Assembly (NCBI GenBank): GCA_963712665.1
Contig: CAVQIV010000010.1
Span: 135,291 to 199,290 of the forward strand
Direction: 5' to 3'
Length of the DNA: 64,000 nucleotides
From: Thermoanaerobaculaceae bacterium
Lineage (GTDB): Bacteria > Acidobacteriota > Thermoanaerobaculia > Multivoradales > UBA5704
Below, piece after piece: positions 47,540 through 58,678 of this stretch (within the stretch, counting starts at the first letter, position 1; each line of letters opens with the position of its first letter). A program made the position numbers and the translations under genes. The notes below the pieces were generated by a model that saw nothing but the letters and a program-made list of their open reading frames with translations, made no database searches and was not told the origin of the DNA.

Positions 47540-49051
47540 CTAGTTGACATCCCCCCGGTCCCGTCCCCCTGAACCCCGCCGCGGCTTCAGGAGCTGGAAC
47601 TTGACCATCTCCTTGTAGCTGATCTGGCTGTCCAGGTCGGCCCGGGCGAGCTTCAGGTGCTGGTGCAGGCCTTCGAGGACCATCTCGGCGGCCAGAGCCC
47701 GTTCCTCACGGGTGGAGCCGAGGCGCACGACCAGATCCCGGAGGCCGGGGACGCGGAAGATCTCCTCCTCGTAGTCGGCGAACGGCTGCTCGTCGGAGAT
47801 CGTCACCGTGTTGCCATCCGCGAACCAGCGGATCATGCGGGCGTAGGGTCCCTTGTCGTCCTCGCCGCCGCTGCCGGTCTCCTTGCCTACCTCGGGGAAG
47901 CGGGCGTCGAAGGCCTTGCGGACGGCCTGGCCGATGAGCTTCCGGGCCACCACTTCGGCACCCTGCTGCTCGCCCTCGTAGACCATCTCCACCTTGCCGG
48001 TGATGGCGGGCAGCAGCATGTGCAGGTCGGCGAGGCGCGGATAGACGGGGCTGTCCTTGGTGGCCAGGGCCCGGCGCTCGAGGTTCGAGGCCAGGAGCTC
48101 CAGGGCCGAAATGGCCACGCGGGCTGAGACGCCGGAGGACTGGTCCACCAGGTCGCTCGCGCGGGCCGCCAGGCTGATCTCCTCGACTAAGAGACGGACG
48201 TCCTCGGGGATCACGACGCTCGCCACGTCGCGCTCCGTCCACGCCTCCTGGCGGGTGATGTCGGCCGCGATGGTGGCGTCCGGCGGGTAGTGGGTGAGGA
48301 TCTGGGACGAGATGCGGTCCTTGAGCGGCGTGATGATGCTGCCGCGGTTCGTGTAGTCCTCCGGATTGGCGGAGAAGCACATGAGGATGTCGAGCGGGAT
48401 GCGCACGGGGAAGCCGCGGATCTGGAGGTCGCGCTCCTCCAGGATGTTGAACAGGCCCACCTGGATGCGGGGGGCGAGGTCCGGAAGCTCATTGATGGCG
48501 AAGATGCCGCGGTTGGTGCGCGGGATGATGCCGAAGTGGATCACCTCGGGGTCGGCGAAGGTGAGCTTGCGCGTCGCCGCCTTGATGGGATCGATGTCGC
48601 CCAAGAGGTCGGCGATCGAGACATCCGGCGTCGCCAGCTTCTCGTTGTAGCGCTGCTCGGCCGTCATCCACTCGACGGGAGCGTCGTCGCCGGCGTCCGC
48701 GATCAGGCGCTGACCCGGAATGGAGATGGGGGCGAGCGGATCGTCGTTGAGCTCCGAGCCCGCGAGCACCGGCACCTCGGGATCGAGGAGGGTGACGAGC
48801 GAGCGCAGGATGCGGGTCTTCGCCTGGCCGCGCAGGCCGAGCAGGATGAAGTCGTGGCCGGCGAGGAGCGCATTGACCACGGACGGGATCACCGTGCGGT
48901 CGTAGCCGAGGATGCCCGGGAACAGGGGGCCGCCGCTCTTCAGGCGCGAGCGCAGGTTGTCGCGGATCTCCTGCTTGATGGAGCGGGGCCGGTAGCCGGC
49001 CTGCCGGAGCTGGCCTAAGGTCTTGATCTGGGACGTGGGACGGGAAAGCAT
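47540..49051 (-). CDS. AAA+ ATPase (Mg-chelatase subunit-like)
   Basis: GLRGQAKT, INELPDL, SANPEDYTNRG; coupled to the VWA gene. Confidence 0.92.
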   Translation of the reverse strand: MLSRPTSQIKTLGQLRQAGYRPRSIKQEIRDNLRSRLKSGGPLFPGILGYDRTVIPSVVNALLAGHDFILLGLRGQAKTRILRSLVTLLDPEVPVLAGSELNDDPLAPISIPGQRLIADAGDDAPVEWMTAEQRYNEKLATPDVSIADLLGDIDPIKAATRKLTFADPEVIHFGIIPRTNRGIFAINELPDLAPRIQVGLFNILEERDLQIRGFPVRIPLDILMCFSANPEDYTNRGSIITPLKDRISSQILTHYPPDATIAADITRQEAWTERDVASVVIPEDVRLLVEEISLAARASDLVDQSSGVSARVAISALELLASNLERRALATKDSPVYPRLADLHMLLPAITGKVEMVYEGEQQGAEVVARKLIGQAVRKAFDARFPEVGKETGSGGEDDKGPYARMIRWFADGNTVTISDEQPFADYEEEIFRVPGLRDLVVRLGSTREERALAAEMVLEGLHQHLKLARADLDSQISYKEMVKFQLLKPRRGSGGRDRGDVN

Positions 49052-50019
49052 CAGTCGTGAAGCTCCTGGAGCCAGCGCTCGGCGTCGATGGCCGCCTGGC
49101 AGCCGGTGCCGGCGGAGGTGACCGCCTGGCGGTAGATGGGATCCATGGCATCGCCCGCGGCAAAGACGCCGTGGACGCTGGTCTTGGTCGTCGGTTCCTG
49201 GACTTTGATGTAGCCCACGTCGTTCATCTCCAGCTTGCCCTTGAAGATGGCGGTGTTGGGCTGGTGGCCGATGGCGTAGAAGACGCCCTGGGTGGGATAG
49301 AGGCTGTCGAGCTCCGTGCGCTTGTTGTGCAGCTTGGCGCCGGTGACGCCGCCTTCGCGGGTGCCGACGATCTCGGTGACGACGGAGTCCCAGATCCAGG
49401 CGATCTTGGGATTGGCGAAGGCGCGGTCCTGCATGATCTTCGAGGCGCGCAGCTCGCGCCGGCGGTGGATGACGGTCACCTTGCTGGCGAACTTGGTCAG
49501 GTAGGTGGCCTCCTCCATGGCCGAGTCGCCGCCGCCGATGACCACGATCTCCTTGTCGCGGAAGAAGAAGCCGTCGCAGGTGGCGCAGGCCGAGACGCCG
49601 TAGCCCATGAGCTCCTGCTCGCCGGGGGTGTTGTCGAGCTTGGCGGTGGCGCCGGTGGCGACGATCAGGGCGTCGCACCGGTAGGTGGCCTCGTCGGTGC
49701 GGATGGTGAACGGCCGCTTCTCGAAATCCACCTCGACGGCCTGCTCGAACTTGACCTTGGTGCCGAAGCGCCGGGCCTGCTCGCGCATGCGGTCCATGAG
49801 CTCGGGCCCCAAGATACCCTCGGGGAACCCGGGGAAGTTCTCGACGTCGGTGGTGATGGTGAGCTGCCCGCCGGGCTGGTTGCCCTCTAACACCAGGGGC
49901 GCCAGGTCAGCCCGGGCGGCATAGAGCGCGGCCGTGAGACCGGCCGGCCCCGAGCCCAGGATGATGACCCGGTGGTAGTTGTCGGCGTTGTGATGCTCCG
50001 TCGCTGAGGTAGCTGACAT
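49051..50019 (-). CDS. trxB: Thioredoxin reductase
   Basis: GSGPAG, GGQL, CATCDG, GGGDSAMEEA, FAAGD, YRQAVTSAG. Confidence 0.97.
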   Translation of the reverse strand: MSATSATEHHNADNYHRVIILGSGPAGLTAALYAARADLAPLVLEGNQPGGQLTITTDVENFPGFPEGILGPELMDRMREQARRFGTKVKFEQAVEVDFEKRPFTIRTDEATYRCDALIVATGATAKLDNTPGEQELMGYGVSACATCDGFFFRDKEIVVIGGGDSAMEEATYLTKFASKVTVIHRRRELRASKIMQDRAFANPKIAWIWDSVVTEIVGTREGGVTGAKLHNKRTELDSLYPTQGVFYAIGHQPNTAIFKGKLEMNDVGYIKVQEPTTKTSVHGVFAAGDAMDPIYRQAVTSAGTGCQAAIDAERWLQELHD

Positions 50020-50181
50020 TCGGGGCGGTCCCCTCTCCTGAAAAGGTCTGGAAATCACCTGCGGAGCGGCAGCCAGGTGAGCCCCGGCAGTATATCGCGG
50101 CCTTGGGCTCCCCCACGCCGCACACGGCGGCGTAAGGAGTACAACGTAGTGGGCGGGAGGGGGCATTCCGGGGGGGAACGC

Positions 50182-50748
50182 TCATGCGCAGGCGTTCAGC
50201 CCGGGCACCGCCTCCTCCAGCATCTCCCGCATCGCCTTGAGCCCCAGGCGGATGCGCGATTTGAGCGTGCCGAGCGGCAAAGCGAGCCGGCTGGCTGCTT
50301 CCTCGTAGGTCAAGCCCTGGAAGTAGGCCATCTCGATGGCCCGGCGTTGATCGGGGTTGACGCGGGTGAGGGCCTGGCGAAGGGTGATGCGCAGGTCGCG
50401 GGATTCCCTGTCCGGCTGCGGCAGGCGCTGGTCGTTCAGCTCCTCGGACTCGCGGTTGCGGTCCGAGCGGCGCCAGAGGTCCACGAGCTTGTTGCGGGTC
50501 AGGGTGTAGAGCCAGGCGGCCACGGCGCCGCGGTCCGGCCGGTAGGTGGCGGCTTTGCGCCAGACGGTGGTGAAGACCTCCTGGGCCACGTCCTCGGCCA
50601 AGCAGCGGTCGCCGCACAGGCGGTGGGCGTAGGCGATCACCGCGCCGGCGTGGCGCAGGTAGAAATCATGGAAGGAATCGAGATCTCCGAGGGCGGTGGC
50701 CGCCAGCAGGTCTTCGTCGGGCTCGGGGGTGATGTGATGATCGTTCAC
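50182..50748 (-). CDS. ECF sigma factor (second)
   Basis: GGAGGAGG RBS; AEDVAQEVF, WLYTLTRNKLVD, GTLKSRIRLGL. Confidence 0.92.
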   Translation of the reverse strand: MNDHHITPEPDEDLLAATALGDLDSFHDFYLRHAGAVIAYAHRLCGDRCLAEDVAQEVFTTVWRKAATYRPDRGAVAAWLYTLTRNKLVDLWRRSDRNRESEELNDQRLPQPDRESRDLRITLRQALTRVNPDQRRAIEMAYFQGLTYEEAASRLALPLGTLKSRIRLGLKAMREMLEEAVPGLNACA

Positions 50749-50775
50749 GCATCCTCCTCCATCAGATCGGAAGGG

Positions 50776-50807
50776 GTAGATCCGGCCGAGGGGAGGATGG
50801 GTTAGCG
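50776..50807 (-). promoter_or_regulatory. Putative ECF promoter CGCTAACCC-N15-GGATCTAC upstream of the second sigma
   Basis: Identical boxes and spacing to 51038-51069. Confidence 0.7.
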
Positions 50808-50831
50808 ATCGGTGGCGGCCCCTGAAACGAG

Positions 50832-50862
50832 CCGGCCCGGCCGCAGGGAGCAGCCGGGCCGG
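50832..50862 (-). terminator. GC hairpin after the small peptide gene
   Basis: CCGGCCCGGC/GCCGGGCCGG inverted repeat. Confidence 0.5.
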
Positions 50863-50885
50863 AGGGTGCGAGACCGACGAAGAGC

Positions 50886-50996
50886 CTACTTCTCGGTCGG
50901 CGGGGGCGGACCGGTCCAGGGTGGATTCCGGGTGTCGACTGGACCGTCCTGGAACGACTTGAGGTCGAGCTCGGGGTACTGGGTGCGGGGATTCAT
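50886..50996 (-). CDS. 36-aa peptide MNPRTQYPELDLKSFQDGPVDTRNPPWTGPPPPTEK
   Basis: Strong AAGGAGGA RBS, own promoter motif, downstream hairpin, ATGA overlap with the CHAT stop. Confidence 0.7.
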   Translation of the reverse strand: MNPRTQYPELDLKSFQDGPVDTRNPPWTGPPPPTEK

Positions 50997-53980
50997 CGTG
51001 TCCTCCTTGATAGACCGCGGGGTACGGGTTCTTGATCGTAGATCCCGTTGACGCGGATCGGGGTTAGCGGTTGGCCGGCTCGCCAGTCTCCTTGCAGGAT
51101 GAAGCCTGCCCAATAGTATGGCGCTTCCCGCCCCGGTTGGCGGCGCAGGCCGTCCTGGGCGGCGCGCAGGGCGGCCGCGGGCTGGCCGTGCTCCAGCATC
51201 TCGCGATAGAAGCGCTGCATCAGCTCGGCCGTGGCCTCGTCGTCCACCTCCCAGAGGCTCACCAGCACGGCGCGGGCGCCGGCGTACTGGAAGCCGCGAG
51301 TGAGCCCCACCAGACCCTCGCCGCGGATCTCCTGGCCCAGAGCCGTGCTGCACGCCGAGAGGACCACGAGGTCGGCGGCCCAGCGCAGGCCATAGATCTC
51401 GTGGGCCCACACGAAGCCGTCCTCACTCCGCGGCCTGCCGTGCTCGTCCACTTGGGAAAAGATGAGCTTCGACAGCTCCGGATGCTCGGTGTCGATCTCG
51501 CCGTGGGTGGCGAGATGGACGATGCGGTAGCCCGCGAGCTTGCCGCTCAGCACCACCTCGCGGCTGGCCGCGAAGCCGAGGGCGGCGAGCCGCTGGTCCT
51601 GGGGCACCAGATCCTGCAGGGCTTCCGCCTCCTTGCTGGAGTAGGAAAGGCGTTGGAAGCTGTCCGTGTTGAACACCGGATCAGCCACCACCGCCAGGGT
51701 TCCGGGGGCGCTCCTGCGGCCGGCGAGCTCGCGGCGGGCCACGGCCAGGGCGGAGGCGGAGGGGGAGATCACGACCTCATGCGCGGCCACGAGCGGCTCG
51801 GACGAGCCTGGAATGGGGAGCGCCGCGAAGGGGAGATAGAAGAGGGCGCCGTCCGGCACGATCAGCAGGCGCTTGCGTCCGAGGAGCCCCGCGACCGGCT
51901 GCAGGAGGAGATGGGAGAGCTCGTCCTGAGAATCCGCGGCCGGGATCCGCGCCAGAGACCGATGGCTGCGCTCCAGCCGCTGGTAGCCGCGCCGGGCCGC
52001 CTCCTCGATCGTTGCGCGCCCCGGCAGCGGGAAGACGGCGAGATGGTCCGGCGTGACGGCCCAGACGAAGCTCCTCTCTTTTCCCAGATGGTATTCGAGG
52101 AGCAGGGTGTCGGCGTCCAGGATCTGGCGCTGGATCTCCGGCACGCTCGAGGGACGTCCTTGAGTGAGGGCGGCATAGGCGGGGCTCGCCTGCCGCAGCT
52201 CGGTCTGGGCCCGCTCGGAATTCGCGAGCGCCTGGCGCAGCGTCCGTTCGGCGGCCGCTTGCTGCTCGCTGGACGCCCTCGCGTTCTGGAGCCTCCAGCG
52301 CGCGCGATCGGCCTCGTTGACCTGGCGGTCGGCCTCATCCACCCGGGCGAGGAGAGTGGGATCGACGCCGCGCCGCAGGTCGGTCCTGGATTCCGCCAGC
52401 AGGTCGAGCAGACCGCGCGCCCGTGCCCTCTCGCTGGCTGTCAGGGCCTCGTCGACGCGGTGCATCGCTACCAGCAGGTCCACTTCAAAAGCGTAGAGCT
52501 CCTGGTTGCGGACCTGGAACGCGGTGCGGATCTCGTGGCTGGCTGAGGTGCCGCGCAGCGACTCGGCCTGTACGATGCCTGCCTGGATGGCCTCCCGAGC
52601 GCCGGCGAGGTCGCCGAGTCTTCTCCGGGCGCGAGCCAGGCCGAGCCGGGCAAAGGCCGCGGTGGCACGATCGCCAAGAGCCGAGAGACGCGGCAGCACC
52701 TGCCCATAGACCTCGATGGCCTCCTTGGGACGGTCCGCCGCGACGTCGGCCCAGGCCACGTTGGCGAGGGCCACGGCCTCGTCGGGCCCATCCCTCAGGT
52801 CATGGAACAAGGTGCGGGCCTGGGCGAAATACAGCCCCGCCTGTCGCCAGTCGCCGAGCAGGATGTAGACGCAGCCGAGATCGTTGAGCGTCACCGCCTG
52901 GCTGCGGCGATCCCCGAGATGCTGCTCGAGGGCGAGGGCCTGCTGGAGGTTTTCGATCCCCTTCGGGATCTGCCCTGCCCGGCTGTAGGCGTTGCCCATG
53001 GAGTTCAGGGCTCGCGCCTGTTCCTTCTCGTTGTTTTCCGCCCTGAAGAAGTCGAGAGCGAGTTGGAGCTCATCCAGCCCCTTCTGCGGCTCACCGAGGG
53101 ACTGATAGAGGTCCCCGAGGCTGGAGCGGGTGATCGCCTCCTGTCTCCGGTTTCCCACCGCGCGCCAGAGGTCTTGGGACTGCTGGAAGTGAGCGATAGC
53201 CTTGCCGTTCTCCCCCAGCGCCCGGTAGGCCATGCCAAGGTTCGCGAGGGTCGTAGCCTCGGTCGATCGCTCGCCCAGGCGCTGGCTCAGGGCGAGAGCC
53301 TCGCGGTAGGACACCATGGCCTGGCGGACCTGGCCCTGGAACTTGTAGATCACGCCGAGGAGGTTCAGCGTGTACCCCGCTTCGTGCTCCCAGCCGAGGG
53401 CGCGGAAGAGGGCCAGGGCTTCCTTCGCCCGGTCGGGATCGGAGCCGATCTTGGCCAGAGAGTAGAGGGTCGCGGCCTCTCGCCCGCGCTCGCCCGCAGC
53501 GCGAAAACCGGACAGGGCCTGGCGGTAGGCCGCTGAGGTGAAGAGACGCTCGGCGGCAACCCGGGCGCGGTCGCGGGGTTGGGCGGGGCGCAATGCCGCC
53601 AGCCGCACCTCGTATTTTCCCGCGGGCTCCAGGGAGCCGGAGGGCCGGACCTCCAGCCGATACCGCCCGGATCGCTCCGCGATCACCGGCACCGGCTCGG
53701 CGCCCCAGGCGCCGAAGAAGCTGTCGGAGGTGGCGAGCGGGCGGCCGTCCGGATCCTTCACGGTCACGGCGACATCGATCCCACGCTGATCCACGGCGAG
53801 GTCGGCGAAGGTGCCCGCGGGGAGGTCCAGGAGATAGTCGTAGGTGGCGAGGGTGGACTCGACAACGGCGCCGGCTCGGGGCGGGAGAACCCGTGACGGG
53901 ACAGCCGGCGGCGCCGGCTTCTGGCCGTGGACGGCGAGCAGGGCGCACAGGGCGAGCCCGACGGCTGGATGGGCCCTCAT
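50993..53980 (-). CDS. Exported TPR-CHAT (caspase-like) protease
   Basis: Hydrophobic N-terminus, PPC-like beta domain, TPR array, IVPDGAL, VHLATHG (His), VVLSACST (Cys), SLWEVDD, YYWAGF. Confidence 0.93.
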   Translation of the reverse strand: MRAHPAVGLALCALLAVHGQKPAPPAVPSRVLPPRAGAVVESTLATYDYLLDLPAGTFADLAVDQRGIDVAVTVKDPDGRPLATSDSFFGAWGAEPVPVIAERSGRYRLEVRPSGSLEPAGKYEVRLAALRPAQPRDRARVAAERLFTSAAYRQALSGFRAAGERGREAATLYSLAKIGSDPDRAKEALALFRALGWEHEAGYTLNLLGVIYKFQGQVRQAMVSYREALALSQRLGERSTEATTLANLGMAYRALGENGKAIAHFQQSQDLWRAVGNRRQEAITRSSLGDLYQSLGEPQKGLDELQLALDFFRAENNEKEQARALNSMGNAYSRAGQIPKGIENLQQALALEQHLGDRRSQAVTLNDLGCVYILLGDWRQAGLYFAQARTLFHDLRDGPDEAVALANVAWADVAADRPKEAIEVYGQVLPRLSALGDRATAAFARLGLARARRRLGDLAGAREAIQAGIVQAESLRGTSASHEIRTAFQVRNQELYAFEVDLLVAMHRVDEALTASERARARGLLDLLAESRTDLRRGVDPTLLARVDEADRQVNEADRARWRLQNARASSEQQAAAERTLRQALANSERAQTELRQASPAYAALTQGRPSSVPEIQRQILDADTLLLEYHLGKERSFVWAVTPDHLAVFPLPGRATIEEAARRGYQRLERSHRSLARIPAADSQDELSHLLLQPVAGLLGRKRLLIVPDGALFYLPFAALPIPGSSEPLVAAHEVVISPSASALAVARRELAGRRSAPGTLAVVADPVFNTDSFQRLSYSSKEAEALQDLVPQDQRLAALGFAASREVVLSGKLAGYRIVHLATHGEIDTEHPELSKLIFSQVDEHGRPRSEDGFVWAHEIYGLRWAADLVVLSACSTALGQEIRGEGLVGLTRGFQYAGARAVLVSLWEVDDEATAELMQRFYREMLEHGQPAAALRAAQDGLRRQPGREAPYYWAGFILQGDWRAGQPLTPIRVNGIYDQEPVPRGLSRRTR
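51038..51069 (-). promoter_or_regulatory. Putative ECF promoter CGCTAACCC-N15-GGATCTAC upstream of the peptide
   Basis: Identical boxes and spacing to 50776-50807. Confidence 0.7.
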
Positions 53981-54068
53981 GGGTGAATCATTCTCCTCGC
54001 TGGGCTTGAGTCTCCATCCAATACTACGTGGGCGCGAGGGATTCGGGATGAAGGGTCCTGCGAAGTCG

Positions 54069-54824
54069 TCAGGGCTTCTGCCGGGGCGCCTCGATGGGCA
54101 ACCGATACTCCGCGATCGGTTTTTCGGACGCGCCCTGGCCCGTGTTGCCGAAGAGGAGGAGACGGTAATCCCCCGGTCCGAGCTCATCCCGCGACAGCTC
54201 CAGGGTCACGCCGTCAAGCTTCTCCTTGAATACCAGCCCTTGAACCTCCAGGACCTTGCCGCCGTCCTTACGGACGATCTCCGCTCGATATTGAGTGGCT
54301 CTGGCCGGCGGCCCGGGGAGATACAGGACGAGGATGAGACGCCGGGAATCATCCGCGGAGATCCCTTCGCCGAGGGATCCCCTCCCACCCCGGGTCGTGG
54401 AAGGGGAGAGCTGGATCACGGACGGATTGGCCTGCGGCTGGGAGAGCTCGCTGACGGTGCGTTGAAGCGAAGCCACCCAGGCCGAGAGGCCCACCGTAGC
54501 GACCAGCAGGGCGGCGGCCAGGGCCTGGAGCCAGCGTGGCGATCTCGAAGATCGGGAGGGCCGGCGCAGGGGCACGACGGGGGCCGGGGGCTTCTCCTGC
54601 GTCTCCTGATGGATCTCTCCCTGGATGCGCCCCCACAGCGCCTCCTGATCCGCCGGGGAGAGCGAGCCGGCGCCGAAGCCGGGATCGGCCAGGCCTGCGA
54701 GATCGAGGAGCAGGTCGGAGCATTCCCGGCAGGAGAGGAGGTGATCCTGGAGACGCTGCTCCTCGTCCGCGGTCAGCTCGCCTGCGTGGTAGGCGGCCAG
54801 GGTTTCGGGCTCCGGATGGCTCAT
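54069..54824 (-). CDS. zf-HC2 zinc-binding anti-sigma factor with TM helix and extracytoplasmic domain
   Basis: HPEPETL...HLLSCREC; TM WLQALAAALLVATVGLSAWV; ATGA overlap with sigma. Confidence 0.9.
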   Translation of the reverse strand: MSHPEPETLAAYHAGELTADEEQRLQDHLLSCRECSDLLLDLAGLADPGFGAGSLSPADQEALWGRIQGEIHQETQEKPPAPVVPLRRPSRSSRSPRWLQALAAALLVATVGLSAWVASLQRTVSELSQPQANPSVIQLSPSTTRGGRGSLGEGISADDSRRLILVLYLPGPPARATQYRAEIVRKDGGKVLEVQGLVFKEKLDGVTLELSRDELGPGDYRLLLFGNTGQGASEKPIAEYRLPIEAPRQKP

Positions 54825-55447
54825 GGCGCCTCCTCGATCCCGGAGATCAGGTCCTGGAAGTAGGGGCCCAGCTCCTCGCGCAGCCGCCGCCGGCCTTGAG
54901 CCAGGTGGACCTTGACCGTCTCCGGCGACAGCCGCAGCAGCACGGCGATCTCCTTGTAGCGGAGCTCCCGGTCGATCCTCAGGACCAGGCACTTCCGCAT
55001 CTGCTCCGGCAGCTTGTCGATGGCCTGACGCAGGAGGCGCGAGCGCTCCTTGCTCAGCATCTCCTCGCTCGCCGTGGGCACGTCCGTTGCCGCCAGGGTC
55101 GCCATCGGTCCCAAGTCCTCCTGATCTCCCTCCAGGGCCACTTCCGTCGCTCCCCGCTTCTCGGCCGTGCCCCAGCGCAGCCGCTTGCGGTAGGCGTTGG
55201 TGGCGATCTTGAACAGCCAGGTCTCGAAGCTCGCGTCGCGGCGGAACGCTTCGATGCCCCTATAGATCCCGATGAAAGTCTCCTGGGTTAGGTCGAGGCA
55301 ATCCTGGTGCGGGAAGCCTCGCCGGGAGAAGAAATGGTAGAGCCGGGGAGAGTAGAGGTCGAAGAGGCGACGGAAGGCCGCGTCGCGCAAGGATCGCGTC
55401 GGGCCGGTCTGGAGCTGCTCGATGAGGTTCTGGATGGGCTCCGCCAT
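54821..55447 (-). CDS. ECF sigma factor (first)
   Basis: DLTQETF, FETWLFKIATN, YKEIAVLL, TVKVHL. Confidence 0.92.
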   Translation of the reverse strand: MAEPIQNLIEQLQTGPTRSLRDAAFRRLFDLYSPRLYHFFSRRGFPHQDCLDLTQETFIGIYRGIEAFRRDASFETWLFKIATNAYRKRLRWGTAEKRGATEVALEGDQEDLGPMATLAATDVPTASEEMLSKERSRLLRQAIDKLPEQMRKCLVLRIDRELRYKEIAVLLRLSPETVKVHLAQGRRRLREELGPYFQDLISGIEEAP

Positions 55448-55454
55448 CGCCGTC

Positions 55455-56634
55455 TCAAGGTATGCCCGTAGGATACCCCATCCCACCCGCTCGAGGCCCG
55501 CCATAGCTCACGGAATGTCCCCAGGCGATGAGCGGTCTCTCGAAGAGCCGCCACGAGACCTCGGCCAGGGCGAGGGTCGCCGCGACCGCCGCCGCCGTGA
55601 TCGCCATTTCGGCGGGGGTGCCGAAGCCGGGAGGGCGGCCCAGGATTAGGCCGTGGGCCAGGCCGTTGACCGTCTGGTGGAGGAGATAGACGCAGTAGGC
55701 CCGGCCGCCGAGCCACCGCAGCCAGCGGTGGCGGACGAGCCAGGTCACCGGTCCTCTGGGCTCGGTGACGGCGAGGAGCAGCAGCGAGCCGTAGAGCACG
55801 GCGAGGACGGAGAACATGAACGGGCTGCCCTCGAACCCGTAGTGCCGGAAGAGGCAGAGGCCCCCGAGCCCGGCGAGGAAGACGGCGAGGATGCCATAGA
55901 GCAGAGGCCGCGAGCCCTGGATGGCCCGCCGCCAGCGCTCCTGCCGCAGGGCCCAGGCGCAGAGCACGCCCAGCAGCAGGGAGTCGGCCCGGCAGTGGGT
56001 GAGGACGATGGTGTCGAAGTACCCCGCGGGACCGGCGAGGACCCGCCACAGGGGCGCGGCGAGGCCCACGGCCGCGAGCGTGGCCGGCAGCCAGCCGGTC
56101 GGGATGAAGCGGATCAGGAGGGGCAACGCGAGGTAGAACTGCTCCTCGACGGCCAGCGACCAGGTGATGGCGAGGCCGATGGCGACCGAAGGAGCTCTCG
56201 TGCGCCATCACCAGGTTCTGGGTGAACGTGGCATAGGACCAGACCGGCAGCGGATCGCGGAAGATCGGCGCCAGGACCGGGGAGGCCGTGAAGGCCGGGA
56301 CCGCGGCCCGCAGCAGGAAGAACGCGCCCAGGAAGAGGAAGTAGAGCGGCAGGATGCGGCAGAAGCGGCGGGCGTAGAAGGCCTGGAAGTAGCGGGGAGC
56401 CGTGCGCCGGTCGAGCAGGATGCCGCCGATCAGGAAGCCCGAGAGCACGAAGAAGAGATCCACGCCGCTCCAGGCGAGACGCAGCGACCGCCAGGTGAGC
56501 TGGGCTAGGGGAGCGGGCAGGGTCTGGAGCGGCATGGCCACGTAGTGCCAGGCGAGGACCAGCAGGATGGCCAGTCCCCGGATGCCGTCCAGCTCCGGAA
56601 TGCGTCCGGAGGCTTCCTCGTTCGAGTGTGACAA
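55455..56634 (-). CDS. Acyltransferase 3 (OafA-like); frameshift near 56180
   Basis: [34 protein letters not shown]; second frame [11 protein letters not shown]...YLLH...SWRLFERP. Confidence 0.88.
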
Positions 56635-56696
56635 GGTGGGGGCCAGAGTATCAGAGCAGCGCATATACACGATCCCCGCGGAGGCGGACTTTTTTC

Positions 56697-58077
<1,381 letters not shown>

Positions 58078-58119
58078 GCTGACGCCTCAAAGCCGCTGTC
58101 TCTCGTCCAAGGAGACTTT

Positions 58120-58650
58120 ATGCTCGCCAACGACCAGCTCATTCAGGCGTTCAATCAGCAGATCGGCAACGAGATGGGCGCCTCGATGCAGTACATCGCC
58201 ATCGCCAGTTATTTCGACCACGAGACCCTGCCGCAGCTCGCGAAGTTCTTCTACCGCCAGTCGGAGGAGGAGCGCACGCACGCCATGCGCTTCGTCAAGT
58301 TCATCAACGACGTGGGCGGCCGGGTGCGCATCCCCGACCTGCCGGCCCCGGTCATGGATTTCGCCTCGGCCGAGGAGGCGGTGGGCAAGGCCCTCGCCTG
58401 GGAGGAGGAGGTCACCCGCCAGATCTACGACCTGGTGGAGATCGCCAAGGCGGACAGGAACTACGTGGGCGTCCGCTTCCTCGACTGGTTCGTGGAGGAG
58501 CAGCTCGAGGAGGTGACGTCGATGAACGACCTGCTGTCGGTGATCCGCCGCGCCGGCCCTGATCGCCTGCTGTTCGTCGAGGAGTACCTGGTGCGCCAGG
58601 GCGCCGCAGGGCTCGAAAGCCCCGCGGCACCGGCATCCGCGGCAACTTAG
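58120..58650 (+). CDS. Ferritin
   Basis: QSEEERTHAM, LAWEEEVT, FLDWFVEEQLEE ferroxidase motifs. Confidence 0.92.
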   Translation: MLANDQLIQAFNQQIGNEMGASMQYIAIASYFDHETLPQLAKFFYRQSEEERTHAMRFVKFINDVGGRVRIPDLPAPVMDFASAEEAVGKALAWEEEVTRQIYDLVEIAKADRNYVGVRFLDWFVEEQLEEVTSMNDLLSVIRRAGPDRLLFVEEYLVRQGAAGLESPAAPASAAT

Positions 58651-58678
58651 AGGGTGTCTCGAAAGTCGCCGGCTTGCC

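Noticed and set aside
46430-49051. AAA+/VWA pair as a novel system
   Set aside because: Widespread conserved gene pair in an ordinary context
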